DNA of 45,258 nt from a virus (IMGVR_UViG_2663763326_000013), one strand, 5' to 3'. Shown: positions 26,768 through 38,193, counted from the first letter of the stretch. Numbers and translations: made by a program. Notes: a model not told the origin generated them from the sequence alone.

Positions 26768-27358
26768 ATGAAGGGGCTTGAGAATGCCATCCGCAATCTG
26801 AACAGCCTTGATACCCGTATGGTGCCACAGGCCAGCGCATGGGCGATAAACCGTGTGGCACAGAAAGCGGTCTCGGTTGCCACCCGGCAGGTTGCCGGGA
26901 ATACCGTTGCGGGAGATAACCAGGTGAAAGGGATCCCCCTGAAACTGGTACGTCAGCGTGTCCGGGTGTTTAAAGCCAGTCCGTCAGGAAAAATGACGGC
27001 CAGGATCCGCGTTAACCGGGGCAATCTGCCCGCCATCAAACTGAACACAACACGGCGGCGTGCTGGTGAAGGACTGAGAGTGGGAAAATACTTTTTCCGG
27101 GGGGCATTTGTTCAGCAACTGGCGAATGGCCGCTGGCATGTTCTGAGGCGTCTTCCTGAAGCGCGTTTTGCAACAGGGCATGACCATCAGGGCAGGCCAA
27201 GAAAAAATCGTCTTCCTGTGGAGGTAGTGAAAATCCCGCTGTCCGGACCGCTGACACAGGCATTTGAAGATGCCCGCGACCGCATCATTGCTGCGGAAAT
27301 GCCGAAACAGCTGGGGTATGCACTAAAACAACAACTGAGGTTATGGCTGACCCGATGA
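26768..27358 (+). CDS. Z: Minor tail protein Z (tail terminator/completion, lambda gpZ-like)
   Basis: 196 aa; order Z-U-V as in lambda; family recall. Confidence 0.6.
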   Translation: MKGLENAIRNLNSLDTRMVPQASAWAINRVAQKAVSVATRQVAGNTVAGDNQVKGIPLKLVRQRVRVFKASPSGKMTARIRVNRGNLPAIKLNTTRRRAGEGLRVGKYFFRGAFVQQLANGRWHVLRRLPEARFATGHDHQGRPRKNRLPVEVVKIPLSGPLTQAFEDARDRIIAAEMPKQLGYALKQQLRLWLTR

Positions 27359-27756
27359 ACCGACATACACAAATCCGCCAGGTCGTACTGGCACGCCTTC
27401 GGGAACAGTGTGGAGACAGCGCCACGTTTTTTGACGGGCTTCCGGCATTTGTTGATGCGCAGGAACTGCCTGCCGTGGCGGTGTGGCTGAGTGATGCTCA
27501 GTACACCGGAAAAATGACGGATGAAGATGACTGGCAGGCTGTTCTGCATATTGCTGTCTTCATCCGGGCACAGGCACCGGATTCAGAGCTGGATATGTGG
27601 ATGGAGAGCACCATTTTCCCGGCCCTGAATGATGTACCGGCACTTTCCGGACTCATCGACACCCTGATCCCACTCGGTTTTAACTATCAACGTGATAATG
27701 AGATGGCCACCTGGGCGATGGCGGAAATCACGTACCAGATCACGTACACGAATTAA
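27343..27756 (+). CDS. U: Minor tail protein U (tail tube terminator, lambda gpU-like)
   Basis: 137 aa; position and size match gpU. Confidence 0.65.
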   Translation: MADPMNRHTQIRQVVLARLREQCGDSATFFDGLPAFVDAQELPAVAVWLSDAQYTGKMTDEDDWQAVLHIAVFIRAQAPDSELDMWMESTIFPALNDVPALSGLIDTLIPLGFNYQRDNEMATWAMAEITYQITYTN

Positions 27757-27766
27757 GGAGGTGGCA

Positions 27767-28510
27767 ATGACCACACCAAATCCACTGGCAAAGACGAAAG
27801 GTGCGGGGACGACGTTCTGGATGTATACCGGCAACGGCGACGCATTTGCGAACCCTTTGTCGGACACTGACTGGCTGCGTCTTGCGATGGTGAAGGATCT
27901 GCAACCTGGCGAAATGACCGCTGATGCAGAAGATGATACTTATCTCGATGATGAAGATGCAGACTGGAAAACGACAACCCAGGGGCAGAAATCAGTCGGT
28001 GATACTTCGGCGACGCTGGCCTGGCGTCCGGGTGACAGCGGGCAGAAAAAACTGGTTCAGTTGTTCGACTCCGGTGAAGTCTGCGCGTTTCGTATCAAAT
28101 ATCCCAACGGTACTGTTGATGTTTTCCGTGGCTGGCTGAGTTCACTGGGTAAAACCATTGCCTCAAAAGACGTGATGACCCGCACTGTGAAAATCAGCGG
28201 TGTGGGGCGTCCGTATCTGGCAGAGGAAGGCACTGAAACAGTGAGCGTTACCGGGCTGACGGTGGCACCGGCATCTGCCAGTGTAAAAGTGGGAGCAACC
28301 ACCACGCTGACCTTTACAGTAAAACCTGACGGAGCCAGTGACAAAGCGATCAGTGTGCATTCGTCAGATCCACAGACTGCCACGGTGACCCTGAACGGGC
28401 TTGTAGCCACGGTGAAAGGCGTGAAGCAGGGCAGTGTCAGCATTGTGGGCATGACCGCTGACGGGAATTTTGTGGCTGTGGCTGCGGTGACTGTCAGCGC
28501 CGCAGGTTAA
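27767..28510 (+). CDS. V: Major tail tube protein V with C-terminal Ig-like domain
   Basis: ORF from 27692; start at ATG 27767 with AGGAGGTGG upstream; C-terminal Big_2-like region (SVTGLTVAPASASVKVGATTTLTFTVKP). Confidence 0.75.
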   Translation: MTTPNPLAKTKGAGTTFWMYTGNGDAFANPLSDTDWLRLAMVKDLQPGEMTADAEDDTYLDDEDADWKTTTQGQKSVGDTSATLAWRPGDSGQKKLVQLFDSGEVCAFRIKYPNGTVDVFRGWLSSLGKTIASKDVMTRTVKISGVGRPYLAEEGTETVSVTGLTVAPASASVKVGATTTLTFTVKPDGASDKAISVHSSDPQTATVTLNGLVATVKGVKQGSVSIVGMTADGNFVAVAAVTVSAAG

Positions 28511-28570
28511 CAGGACGATACTCATCATTTGCCCCGGCTATCCGGGGCTTTTTTGCAGGTGGAGAACATG

Positions 28571-28957
28571 ATGTTTCTGAAACAGGGCACGTTTAATTAT
28601 GAAAAACAGTCCGTGGTGCTCAGTGAGCTGTCCGGGCTGCAGAGAATTGAATATCTGGCGTTTGTTCAGCAGCGAACGGCAAAGTTTGATGCCGGTGAGG
28701 GAGAACTGCCGGAGGCTGAACGACAGATTGCTTTTCTGCGGATGGGGATGGATATCAATGCCTGGCTGGTTTCCCGCTCACTGTGGAATGCGGATCAGTC
28801 TAAGGATGTAGAGACGCTTTGCGCATCCGTTATTACAACATGGTCGTATGATGCCCTGGGTGCGGGGGCGGAGATGGTTCTGTCGCTGAGCGGTATGGGG
28901 GCCATTGAGAATGCCGGGGATGATGAGCATGAGGCGCTGACGCCGGAAAAGTCCTGA
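28571..28957 (+). CDS. G: Tail assembly chaperone G
   Basis: ORF from 28529; MFLKQG... start parallels lambda gpG MFLKTE...; GGTGGAG SD. Confidence 0.7.
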   Translation: MFLKQGTFNYEKQSVVLSELSGLQRIEYLAFVQQRTAKFDAGEGELPEAERQIAFLRMGMDINAWLVSRSLWNADQSKDVETLCASVITTWSYDALGAGAEMVLSLSGMGAIENAGDDEHEALTPEKS

Positions 28958-28965
28958 CGCGGGAA

Positions 28966-29295
28966 ATGCAGTTTGTCATGCGGCTTGCCCGGGAGTTCCG
29001 GCGGGCAGACTGGCGGCGGATGCTGTCGGAAATGTCGGCCACTGAGCTTGGTGAGTGGGGCGATTATTTCCGGATGCAGAGCTTCAGTGATGTGTGGATG
29101 GATGCGCAGTTTGCCTCGCTGAAGGCATTGATCGTGAGAATGGTGTCCGGCAGCAGTGATGCTGCGGTGGCTGATTTCAGCCTTTTACCGGAAGAGAACG
29201 GGATACCGGAGCGAACGGACGAAGAACTGATGCATCTTGGGGAAGGTATTTCCGGAGGTGTGCGTTATGGACCAGATAGCCAACCTGGTCATTGA
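28966..29295 (+). CDS. T: Tail assembly chaperone T segment (probably expressed as G-T fusion by -1 frameshift)
   Basis: ORF is in the -1 frame relative to G, and that frame is open from 28933. A-AAG-containing heptamer GGAAAAG (28945-28951) sits just before the G stop. Confidence 0.55.
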   Translation: MQFVMRLAREFRRADWRRMLSEMSATELGEWGDYFRMQSFSDVWMDAQFASLKALIVRMVSGSSDAAVADFSLLPEENGIPERTDEELMHLGEGISGGVRYGPDSQPGH

Positions 29296-32200
29296 TTTGG
29301 GGATTGATGCGGCAGAGTTTAAAAATGAAATCCCCCGTATCAAAAACCTTCTGAATGGTGCAGCCAGCGATGCAGAACGGTCTTCTGCCCGTATGCAGCG
29401 TTTTATGGAGCGTCAGACTCAGGCCGCCCGGCAGACAACGCAGGCGGCGTCTTCGGCTGCAACAGCCGCATCCGTCCATGCGCAGACGGTGGAGAAGAAC
29501 GCACAGGCTCATGAACGCATGGCCCGCGAGGTGGAGAAAACCCGCCAGCGCATGGAGGCGCTGAGCCAGAAAATGCGCGAGGAACAGGCGCAGGCCATGG
29601 CTCTGGCGGAGGCTCAGGATAAAGCGGCTGCTGCGTTTTATCGTCAGATTGACAGTGTGAAACAGGCCAGTGCGGGTCTGCAGGAATTACAGCGTATTCA
29701 GCAGCAGATCCGACAGGCCAGAAACAGTGGCGGGATTGGTCAGCAGGATTATCTGGCGCTGATTTCTGAGGTTACGGCGAAAACCCGTGTTCTTACACAG
29801 GCTGAGGAAGAGGCTACCCGACAGAAAGTGGCGTTTATCCGTCAGCTTAAAGAGCAGGCAACCCGCCAGAATCTTTCTTCTTCTGAGTTGCTTCGTGCTA
29901 AGGCTGCCCAGTTGGGGGTAAGCAGTGCTGCAGAAGTGTATATCCGCAAAATGGAGCAGGCAGGAAAAGCCACGCATTCGCTGGGGCTGAAAAGTGCAGC
30001 GGCCCGTCAGGAGATAGGCGTTCTGATAGGTGAACTGGCCCGCGGAAATTTAGGTGCGCTGAGGGGATCCGGAATAACGCTGGCTAACCGTGCCGGGTGG
30101 ATAGACACACTGATGTCACCGAAAGGCATGATGCTTGGCGGGGTTATTGGCGGTATTGCCGCGGCTGTCTATGGTCTGGGTAAAGCCTGGTATGACGGTC
30201 AGAAGGAGGGGGAAGAATTTAACCGCCAGCTGTCGCTGACGGGGCATTATGCCGGAGTCACTGCCGGGCAGCTGTGGACGCTCAGTCGTGCTATTTCCGG
30301 GAATGGTATCACGCAACATGCTGCAGCCGGTGCGCTGGCTCAGGTGGTGGGGAGTGGTGCATTTCGTGGAAACGATATCGGTATGGTGGCGAGAGCTGCC
30401 GCACAGATGGAGCGATCGGTTGGCCAGTCGGTCAGCGATACCATAAATCAGTTTAAGCGGCTGAAGGATGATCCTGTAAATGCCGCGAAGTCTCTGGACA
30501 ATGAGCTGCATTTTCTTACTGCCACTCAGCTTGAGCAGATACGCGTCCTTGGAGAGCAGGGGCGGTCCAGTGATGCGGCACGGATAGCCATGTCTGCACT
30601 GGCAGAGGAAACCGGTCGGCGTACTGCGGATATTGATAATAACCTCAATGCGCTGGGCAGTACGCTGCAAACTTTGTCTGACTGGTGGAAGCAGTTCTGG
30701 GATGCGGCCATGAATATTGGTCGTGAAGATTCGCTGGATGCGCAGATTGCCACTTTGCAGGAGAAAGTGTCGCGGGCGAAAAGACTCCCCTGGACGGCAT
30801 CATCTTCTCAGGTTGAATACGATCAGCAGCGTCTTAACGATCTTCAGGAGAAAAAACGCCAGAAGGATTTGAAGGATGCAAAAGAGCAGGCAGAGCGGAA
30901 TTATCAGGAGCAACAGAAACGCCGTAATGCTGAAAATGCTGCACTGAACCGGATGAATGAAACGGAAGCTGCACGACATCAGCGTGAAATTGCGCGTATT
31001 AATGCCATGCAGTACGCCGATCAGGCTGTCAGGGATGCGGCGATACAACGTGAAAATGAACGTTACGAGAAAGCCCTGGCATCCGGTAAGAAAAAAACAC
31101 GCGAAACCCGTAATGATGAGGCCACCCGGTTATTGCTGCAGTACAGTCAGCAACAGGCACAGGTGGAAGGACAGATTGCTGCTGCAAGACAGTCAGCAGG
31201 CATTGCCACTGAAAAGATGACAGAAGCGCATAAACAGCTTCTGGCTCTGCAGCAGCGCATCAGCGATCTGGACGGGAAAAAACTGACGGCAGATGAAAAG
31301 AGTGTGCTGGCCCGTAAAGATGAACTGATTCAGGCACTGACGCTGCTGGATGTAAAACAGCAGGAGCTTCAGAAACAGACGGCACTCAACGATCTGAAGA
31401 AAAAAACAATTCAGCTGACCAGTCAACTGGCTGAAGAAGAGCGCGCTCAGCGTCAGCAACATGACCTGGATATCGCCACGGTTGGTATGGGTGATCAGCA
31501 GCGGCAGCGATATCAGGTACAACTGAGTCTTCGCCAGAAATACCAGCAACAGCTGGAGCAGTTGAGGCGGGATAGTGAGCAGAAAGGGACATATAACACG
31601 GATGACTACAGAAAGGCCGAGCAGGCGCTGACGGAGAGCCTGAACCGACAACTGAATGAGAATCGCCGTTACTGGCAACAGCTTGAAATTGCTCAGGGTA
31701 ACTGGAAAAACGGAGTCCTGCGTGCACTCCAGAATGTCACTGAGAATGCGGATAACACAGCCGGGACAGTGGAACAGTTGTTCACGTCTGCGTTCAGTAG
31801 CATGAGTGACTGGCTGGCGACATTCTGTACTACAGGCAAACTCAATTTCAAATCTTTTACTTCTTCTGTGCTGTCAGATATGGCCAGAATCATGGCTCAG
31901 ATAGCTTTAATGAAAGCGGTAAAAGGCATTGCTTCCGCGCTGCCTTTTGATTTTGTAGCCAATGCTGATGGCGGTGTTTATCAGTCGGCTGATTTGAGTC
32001 GCTACAGTGGCACGGTGGTTAACCGTCCGACGTTTTTTGCTTTTGCAAAAGGCGCGGGTGTGATGGGGGAAGCTGGACCTGAAGCCATTCTGCCACTGCG
32101 TCGTGGTGCTGACGGTAAGCTGGGGGTTGTGGCGGATATTGGTGGTTCAGGTATGGCGATGTTTGCCCCGCAGTACAACATCGAGATCAATAACGATGGC

Positions 32201-32323
32201 ACGAACGGGCAGATAGGTCCGGCTGCCCTGAAGGTGGTTTATGACCTTGGGAAAAAAGCGGCAGCGGACTTTATGCAACAGCAGGCTCGTGATGGTGGTC
32301 GGTTAAGTGGAGCATATCGGTAA
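29267..32323 (+). CDS. H: Tail tape measure protein (lambda gpH-like)
   Basis: ORF from 29237; start ATG 29267 with GGAGG 8 nt upstream; ~1018 aa, long coiled-coil Ala/Gln/Arg-rich central region. Confidence 0.8.
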   Translation: MDQIANLVIDLGIDAAEFKNEIPRIKNLLNGAASDAERSSARMQRFMERQTQAARQTTQAASSAATAASVHAQTVEKNAQAHERMAREVEKTRQRMEALSQKMREEQAQAMALAEAQDKAAAAFYRQIDSVKQASAGLQELQRIQQQIRQARNSGGIGQQDYLALISEVTAKTRVLTQAEEEATRQKVAFIRQLKEQATRQNLSSSELLRAKAAQLGVSSAAEVYIRKMEQAGKATHSLGLKSAAARQEIGVLIGELARGNLGALRGSGITLANRAGWIDTLMSPKGMMLGGVIGGIAAAVYGLGKAWYDGQKEGEEFNRQLSLTGHYAGVTAGQLWTLSRAISGNGITQHAAAGALAQVVGSGAFRGNDIGMVARAAAQMERSVGQSVSDTINQFKRLKDDPVNAAKSLDNELHFLTATQLEQIRVLGEQGRSSDAARIAMSALAEETGRRTADIDNNLNALGSTLQTLSDWWKQFWDAAMNIGREDSLDAQIATLQEKVSRAKRLPWTASSSQVEYDQQRLNDLQEKKRQKDLKDAKEQAERNYQEQQKRRNAENAALNRMNETEAARHQREIARINAMQYADQAVRDAAIQRENERYEKALASGKKKTRETRNDEATRLLLQYSQQQAQVEGQIAAARQSAGIATEKMTEAHKQLLALQQRISDLDGKKLTADEKSVLARKDELIQALTLLDVKQQELQKQTALNDLKKKTIQLTSQLAEEERAQRQQHDLDIATVGMGDQQRQRYQVQLSLRQKYQQQLEQLRRDSEQKGTYNTDDYRKAEQALTESLNRQLNENRRYWQQLEIAQGNWKNGVLRALQNVTENADNTAGTVEQLFTSAFSSMSDWLATFCTTGKLNFKSFTSSVLSDMARIMAQIALMKAVKGIASALPFDFVANADGGVYQSADLSRYSGTVVNRPTFFAFAKGAGVMGEAGPEAILPLRRGADGKLGVVADIGGSGMAMFAPQYNIEINNDGTNGQIGPAALKVVYDLGKKAAADFMQQQARDGGRLSGAYR

Positions 32324-32652
32324 TGGAGACGTTTCACTGGAAAGTGCGCCCGGATATGAATGTGGTATCAGAGCCGAAAGTGGTGACAGTGAAGCTGGGC
32401 GATGGTTATGAACAGCGTCGTGCGGCGGGACTGAATAACCAGTTGTCGACTTACAGCGTGACGATACGTGTTCGTAAATGTGAACACCCATCTTTAAAAG
32501 CCTTTCTGGAACGGCACGGTGGCGTCCGCGCATTTCAGTGGACGCCACCTTATGACTGGAAGCCGATCAGGGTGGTTTGTCGTAAATGGTCGGCAAGCGT
32601 GGGAGCGTTGTGGGTAACCATAACGGCAGATTTTGAACAGGTCGTGGCATAG
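32323..32652 (+). CDS. M: Minor tail protein M
   Basis: 109 aa; lambda order H-M-L-K-I-J conserved. Confidence 0.7.
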   Translation: METFHWKVRPDMNVVSEPKVVTVKLGDGYEQRRAAGLNNQLSTYSVTIRVRKCEHPSLKAFLERHGGVRAFQWTPPYDWKPIRVVCRKWSASVGALWVTITADFEQVVA

Positions 32653-32661
32653 GAGGCTCTG

Positions 32662-33360
32662 ATGCAGGATATTCCACAGGAAACACATCATGAGACGACA
32701 CGCCTCACTCAGTCAGCCCAGGTGGTGCTCTGGGAAATCGATCTGACAGAGGTCGGTGGTGAACGTTATTTTTTCTGTAATGAGCAGAACGAAAAAGGTG
32801 AGCCGGTTACCTGGCAGGGGTGGCAGTATCAGGCATACCCCATTCAGGGGACGGGATTTGAACTGAACGGCAAGGGCAGTGCTGCCCGTCCGACACTGAC
32901 GGTTTCTAACCTGCACGGCATGGTCACCGGGATGGCGGAAGACCTGCAGAGTCTGGTCGGCGGAACGGTGGTCAGGCGTAAGGTTTACGCCCGTTTTCTG
33001 GATGCGGTGAACTTCGTCAACGGAAACAGTGACGCCGATCCGGAGCAGGAGGTGATCAGCCGCTGGCGCATCGAGCAGTGCAGCGAACTGAGCGCGGTCA
33101 GTGCCTCTTTTGTACTGTCCACGCCGACGGAAACGGACGGTGCTGTTTTTCCGGGGCGCATCATGCTGGCTAATACCTGCACCTGGACCTATCGCGGTGA
33201 TGAGTGCGGTTATCACGGTCCGGCTGTCGCTGATGAATATGACCAGCCGACGTCCGATATCACGAAGGATAAATGCAGCAAATGCCTGAGTGGTTGTAAG
33301 TTTCGCAATAACGTCGGCAACTTTGGCGGCTTCCTTTCCATTAACAAACTTTCGCAGTAA
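32662..33360 (+). CDS. L: Minor tail protein L
   Basis: 232 aa; position and size as lambda gpL; Cys cluster near C-terminus (CSKCLSGC). Confidence 0.7.
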   Translation: MQDIPQETHHETTRLTQSAQVVLWEIDLTEVGGERYFFCNEQNEKGEPVTWQGWQYQAYPIQGTGFELNGKGSAARPTLTVSNLHGMVTGMAEDLQSLVGGTVVRRKVYARFLDAVNFVNGNSDADPEQEVISRWRIEQCSELSAVSASFVLSTPTETDGAVFPGRIMLANTCTWTYRGDECGYHGPAVADEYDQPTSDITKDKCSKCLSGCKFRNNVGNFGGFLSINKLSQ

Positions 33361-33364
33361 TCCC

Positions 33365-34108
33365 ATGACACAGACAGAATCAGCGATTCTGGCGCACGCC
33401 CGGCGATGTGCGCCAGCGGAGTCGTGCGGCTTCGTGGTGAGAACGCCGGAGGGGGAAAGATATTTTCCCTGCGTGAATATCTCCGGTGAGCCGGAGGCGT
33501 ATTTCCGGATGTCGCCGGAGGACTGGCTGCGGGCAGAGATGCAGGGTGAGATTGTGGCGCTGGTCCACAGCCACCCCGGTGGTCTGCCCTGGCTGAGTGA
33601 GGCTGACAGGCGGCTGCAGGTGCAGAGCGATTTGCCTTGGTGGCTGGTCTGCCGGGGTGAGATTCATAAATTCCGCTGTGTGCCGCATCTTACCGGGCGG
33701 CGCTTTGAGCACGGGGTGACGGACTGTTACACGCTGTTCCGGGATGCTTATCATCTGGCGGGGATTGAGATGCCGGATTTTCATCGCGGGGATGACTGGT
33801 GGCGTCACGGTCAGAATCTCTATCTGGATAATCTGGAGGCCACAGGGCTGTATCAGGTGCCGTTGTCAGCGGCGCAGCCGGGCGATGTGCTGCTGTGCTG
33901 TTTTGGTTCATCGGTGCCGAATCATGCCGCCATTTACTGTGGTGACGGCGAGCTGCTGCACCATATTCCTGAACAACTGAGCAAACGAGAGAGGTATACC
34001 GACAAATGGCAGCGACGCACACACTCCCTCTGGCGTCACCGGGCATGGCACGCATCTGCCTTTACGGGGATTTGCAACGATTTGGCCGCCGCATCGACCT
34101 TCGTGTGA
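33365..34108 (+). CDS. K: Tail assembly protein K (MPN/JAB + NlpC/P60-like domains)
   Basis: ORF from 33290; start at ATG 33365 (MTQTESAILAHARRCAPAESCGFVV...) matching gpK N-terminus pattern. Confidence 0.7.
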   Translation: MTQTESAILAHARRCAPAESCGFVVRTPEGERYFPCVNISGEPEAYFRMSPEDWLRAEMQGEIVALVHSHPGGLPWLSEADRRLQVQSDLPWWLVCRGEIHKFRCVPHLTGRRFEHGVTDCYTLFRDAYHLAGIEMPDFHRGDDWWRHGQNLYLDNLEATGLYQVPLSAAQPGDVLLCCFGSSVPNHAAIYCGDGELLHHIPEQLSKRERYTDKWQRRTHSLWRHRAWHASAFTGICNDLAAASTFV

Positions 34109-34653
34109 AAACGGGGGCCGAAGCCATCCGGGCGCTGGCCACACAGCTCCCGGCGTTTCGTCAGAAACTGAATGACGGCTGGTATCAGGTGCGCATTGCC
34201 GGGCGTGATGCAGGTGAAACCGAATTATCTGCCCGTCTTAATGAGCCGCTGGCAAATGGTGCCGTGATCCATATCGTGCCGCGTCTGGCGGGAGCTAAAA
34301 GTGGCGGTGTATTTCAGGTGGTGCTGGGGGCGGCGTTGATTGCGGTGGCATGGTGGAACCCTGTGGGCTGGCTGGGTGCCGCGGCTGTATCGGGCATGTA
34401 TGCGGCAGGGGCCAGTATGATCCTGGGCGGTGTGGCGCAGATGCTGGCACCGAAAGCCAGGACGTCCACGGCAGCCAGTACAGATAACGGCAAACAGAAC
34501 ACCTATTTTTCCTCACTGGATAACATGGTTGCTCAGGGCAATGTTTTGCCTGTTCTGTACGGTGAAATGCGTGTGGGGTCGCGGGTGGTTTCTCAGGAGA
34601 TCAGCACGGCAGACGAAGGGGATGGTGGTCAGGTTGTGGTGATTGGTCGCTGA
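34006..34653 (+). CDS. I: Tail assembly protein I
   Basis: 215 aa; N-terminal MAATHTLPLASPGMARICLYGDLQRFGRRIDLRV and C-terminal NGKQNTYFSSLDNMVAQGNVLPVLYGEMRVGSRVVSQEISTADEG recalled as near-identical to lambda gpI. Confidence 0.75.
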   Translation: MAATHTLPLASPGMARICLYGDLQRFGRRIDLRVKTGAEAIRALATQLPAFRQKLNDGWYQVRIAGRDAGETELSARLNEPLANGAVIHIVPRLAGAKSGGVFQVVLGAALIAVAWWNPVGWLGAAAVSGMYAAGASMILGGVAQMLAPKARTSTAASTDNGKQNTYFSSLDNMVAQGNVLPVLYGEMRVGSRVVSQEISTADEGDGGQVVVIGR

Positions 34654-34713
34654 TGCAAAATGTTTTATGTGAAACCGCCTGCGGGCGGTTTTGTCGTTTA
34701 TGGAGCATGACGA

Positions 34714-37700
34714 ATGGGTAAAGGCAGCAGTAAGGGGCATACCCCGCGCGAAGCGAAGGACAACCTGAAATCCACGCAGTTGCTGAGTGTGATCGATGCC
34801 ATCAGCGAAGGGCCGATTGAAGGTCCGGTGGATGGATTAAAAAGCGTGCTGCTGAACAGTACACCGGTGCTGGACAGTGAGGGGAATACCAACATCTCCG
34901 GTGTCACGGTGGTGTTCCGGGCAGGTGAGCAGGAGCAGACACCGCCAGAGGGATTTGAATCATCAGGTTCTGAGACGGTACTGGGTACGGAAGTGAAATA
35001 CGACACGCCGATCACCCGGACCATCACGTCTGCAAACATCGACCGTCTGCGCTTTACCTTCGGTGTGCAGGCACTGGTGGAAACCACCTCAAAGGGTGAC
35101 AGGAATCCGTCGGAGGTCCGACTGCTGGTTCAGATACAGCGTAACGGTGGCTGGGTGACAGAAAAAGACATCACCATTAAGGGCAAAACCACGTCGCAGT
35201 ATCTGGCCTCGGTGGTGGTGGATAACCTGCCGCCGCGCCCGTTCAATATCCGGATGCGCAGGATGACACCGGACAGCACCACAGACCAGCTGCAGAACAA
35301 AACGCTCTGGTCGTCATACACCGAAATTATCGATGTGAAACAGTGCTACCCGAACACGGCACTGGTCGGCGTGCAGGTGGACTCGGAGCAGTTCGGCAGC
35401 CAGCAGGTGAGCCGTAATTATCATCTGCGCGGGCGTATTCTGCAGGTGCCGTCGAATTATAACCCGCAGACGCGGCAATACAGCGGTATCTGGGACGGAA
35501 CGTTTAAACCGGCATACAGCAACAACATGGCCTGGTGTCTGTGGGATATGCTGACCCACCCGCGCTACGGCATGGGGAAACGTCTTGGTGCGGCGGATGT
35601 GGATAAATGGGCGCTGTATGTCATCGGCCAGTACTGCGACCAGTCGGTGCCGGACGGTTTTGGCGGCACGGAGCCGCGCATCACCTGTAACGCTTACCTG
35701 ACCACGCAGCGTAAGGCGTGGGATGTGCTCAGTGATTTCTGCTCGGCGATGCGCTGTATGCCGGTATGGAACGGGCAGACGCTGACGTTCGTGCAGGACC
35801 GGCCATCGGATAAGGTGTGGACCTATAACCGCAGTAATGTGGTGATGCCGGATGATGGCGCGCCGTTCCGCTACAGCTTCAGCGCCCTGAAGGACCGTCA
35901 TAATGCCGTTGAGGTGAACTGGATTGACCCGGATAACGGCTGGGAAACGGCAACAGAGCTTGTGGAGGACACGCAGGCCATTGCCCGTTACGGTCGTAAC
36001 GTCACGAAGATGGATGCCTTTGGCTGTACCAGTCGGGGGCAGGCACACCGTGCCGGGCTGTGGCTGATTAAAACGGAACTGCTGGAAACGCAGACCGTGG
36101 ACTTCAGCGTGGGCGCAGAAGGGCTTCGCCATGTGCCGGGCGATGTCATTGAAATCTGCGATGATGACTATGCTGGTATCAGCATCGGCGGGCGCGTGCT
36201 GGCGGTGAACAGCCAGACGCGGACACTGACGCTCGACCGTGAAATCACGCTGCCATCCTCCGGTACCACGCTGATAAGCCTGGTTGACGGAAGTGGCAAT
36301 CCGGTCAGCGTGGAGGTTCAGTCCGTCACCGGCGGCGTGAAGGTAAAAGTGAGCCGTGTTCCTGACGGCGTTGCTGAATACAGCGTATGGGGGCTGAAGC
36401 TGCCGACGCTGCGCCAGCGACTGTTCCGCTGCGTGAGTATCCGTGAGAACGACGACGGCACGTATGCCATCACCGCCGTGCAGCATGTACCGGAAAAAGA
36501 AGCCATCGTGGATAACGGGGCGCACTTTGACGGCGACCAGAGTGGCACGGTGAATGGTGTCACGCCGCCAGCGGTGCAGCACCTGACCGCCGAAGTCACC
36601 GCAGACAGCGGGGAATATCAGGTGCTGGCGCGATGGGACACGCCGAAGGTGGTGAAGGGCGTGAGCTTTATGCTTCGTCTGACCGTGGCAGCGGATGACG
36701 GCAGTGAGCGGCTGGTCAGCACGGCCAGGACGACGGAAACCACATACCGCTTCACGCAACTGGCGCTGGGAAACTACAGGCTGACAGTCCGGGCGGCAAA
36801 TGCCTGGGGGCAGCAGGGCGATCCGGCATCGGTATCGTTCCGGATTGCCGCACCGGCAGCGCCGTCGCGGATTGAGCTGACGCCGGGCTATTTTCAGATA
36901 ACCGCCACGCCGTATCTTGCCGTTTATGATCCGACGGTACAGTTTGAGTTCTGGTTCTCGGAAAAGCGGATTGCGGATATCAGGCAGGTTGAAACCACAG
37001 CCCGCTATCTTGGCACGGCGCTGTACTGGATAGCTGCCAGTATCAATATCAAGCCGGGCCATGATTATTATTTTTACATCCGCAGTGTGAACACCGTTGG
37101 CAAATCGGCATTCGTGGAGGCTGTTGGCCAGCCGAGTGATGATGCATCCGGCTATCTGGATTTTTTCAAAGGAGAGATAGGGAAAACCCATCTGGCTCAG
37201 GAGTTGTGGACGCAGATTGATAACGGTCAGCTTGCGCCTGACCTGGCGGAAATCAGAACGTCCATCACGGATGTCAGTAATGAAATCACGCAGACCGTCA
37301 ATAAGAAACTGGAAGACCAGAGTGCAGCGATCCAGCAGATACAGAAGGTTCAGGTTGATACAAATAATAACCTGAACAGCATGTGGGCTGTGAAGCTGCA
37401 GCAGATGCAGGACGGACGCCTTTATATCGCGGGTATTGGTGCCGGTATTGAAAACACCCCTGACGGCATGCAGAGTCAGGTGCTGCTGGCGGCAGACAGG
37501 ATTGCGATGATTAATCCTGCGAATGGCAACACAAAGCCGATGTTTGTTGGTCAGGGCGATCAGATATTCATGAACGAAGTGTTCCTGAAATACCTGACGG
37601 CTCCCACCATTACCAGCGGCGGTAATCCTCCGGCATTTTCCCTGACACCGGACGGGCGGCTGACGGCGAAAAATGCCGATATCAGCGGTAACGTGAATGC

Positions 37701-38193
37701 GAACTCCGGGACGCTCAACAATGTCACGATTAATCAGAACTGCCGGATTCTGGGAAAACTGTCAGCCAACCAGATTGAAGGCGATATTGTTAAAACGGTG
37801 GGCAAAGCTTTCCCCCGGGACTCCCGTGCACCGGAGCGGTGGCCATCAGGAACCATTACCGTCAGGGTTTATGACGATCAGCCGTTTGACCGGCAAATTG
37901 TTATCCCGGCGGTGGCATTCAGTGGCGCTAAACATGAGCAAGATCATACTGATATCTACTCCTCATGCCGTCTGATAGTACGAAAAAACGGTGCTGAAAT
38001 TTATAACCGAACGGCTCTGGATAATACGCTGATATATACGGGTGTTATTGATATGCCTGCAGGCAGTGGTGTCATGACACTGGAATTTTCTGTATCGGCA
38101 TGGCTGGTAAATGGCTGGTATCCCACAGCAAGTATCAGCGATTTGCTGGTTGTGGTGATGAAGAAAGCCACCGCAGGCATCAGTATCAGCTGA
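34714..38193 (+). CDS. J: Host specificity / central tail fibre protein J
   Basis: 1159 aa; long stretches recalled as near-identical to lambda gpJ ([42 protein letters not shown]...); C-terminal receptor-binding part differs. Confidence 0.85.
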   Translation: MGKGSSKGHTPREAKDNLKSTQLLSVIDAISEGPIEGPVDGLKSVLLNSTPVLDSEGNTNISGVTVVFRAGEQEQTPPEGFESSGSETVLGTEVKYDTPITRTITSANIDRLRFTFGVQALVETTSKGDRNPSEVRLLVQIQRNGGWVTEKDITIKGKTTSQYLASVVVDNLPPRPFNIRMRRMTPDSTTDQLQNKTLWSSYTEIIDVKQCYPNTALVGVQVDSEQFGSQQVSRNYHLRGRILQVPSNYNPQTRQYSGIWDGTFKPAYSNNMAWCLWDMLTHPRYGMGKRLGAADVDKWALYVIGQYCDQSVPDGFGGTEPRITCNAYLTTQRKAWDVLSDFCSAMRCMPVWNGQTLTFVQDRPSDKVWTYNRSNVVMPDDGAPFRYSFSALKDRHNAVEVNWIDPDNGWETATELVEDTQAIARYGRNVTKMDAFGCTSRGQAHRAGLWLIKTELLETQTVDFSVGAEGLRHVPGDVIEICDDDYAGISIGGRVLAVNSQTRTLTLDREITLPSSGTTLISLVDGSGNPVSVEVQSVTGGVKVKVSRVPDGVAEYSVWGLKLPTLRQRLFRCVSIRENDDGTYAITAVQHVPEKEAIVDNGAHFDGDQSGTVNGVTPPAVQHLTAEVTADSGEYQVLARWDTPKVVKGVSFMLRLTVAADDGSERLVSTARTTETTYRFTQLALGNYRLTVRAANAWGQQGDPASVSFRIAAPAAPSRIELTPGYFQITATPYLAVYDPTVQFEFWFSEKRIADIRQVETTARYLGTALYWIAASINIKPGHDYYFYIRSVNTVGKSAFVEAVGQPSDDASGYLDFFKGEIGKTHLAQELWTQIDNGQLAPDLAEIRTSITDVSNEITQTVNKKLEDQSAAIQQIQKVQVDTNNNLNSMWAVKLQQMQDGRLYIAGIGAGIENTPDGMQSQVLLAADRIAMINPANGNTKPMFVGQGDQIFMNEVFLKYLTAPTITSGGNPPAFSLTPDGRLTAKNADISGNVNANSGTLNNVTINQNCRILGKLSANQIEGDIVKTVGKAFPRDSRAPERWPSGTITVRVYDDQPFDRQIVIPAVAFSGAKHEQDHTDIYSSCRLIVRKNGAEIYNRTALDNTLIYTGVIDMPAGSGVMTLEFSVSAWLVNGWYPTASISDLLVVVMKKATAGISIS

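Noticed and set aside
29687-31678. Minus-strand ORFs inside the tape measure gene (96, 184, 82, 161 aa)
   Set aside because: They are antisense to a long coiled-coil gene with biased codon usage and have low-complexity products; no independent evidence of coding.
35314-37191. 625-aa ORF on the minus strand entirely inside the J gene
   Set aside because: It is antisense to a J sequence that matches lambda gpJ over long stretches. The product is extremely Arg/His/Pro-rich with no start context, the typical appearance of a stop-free antisense frame in a GC-rich gene.
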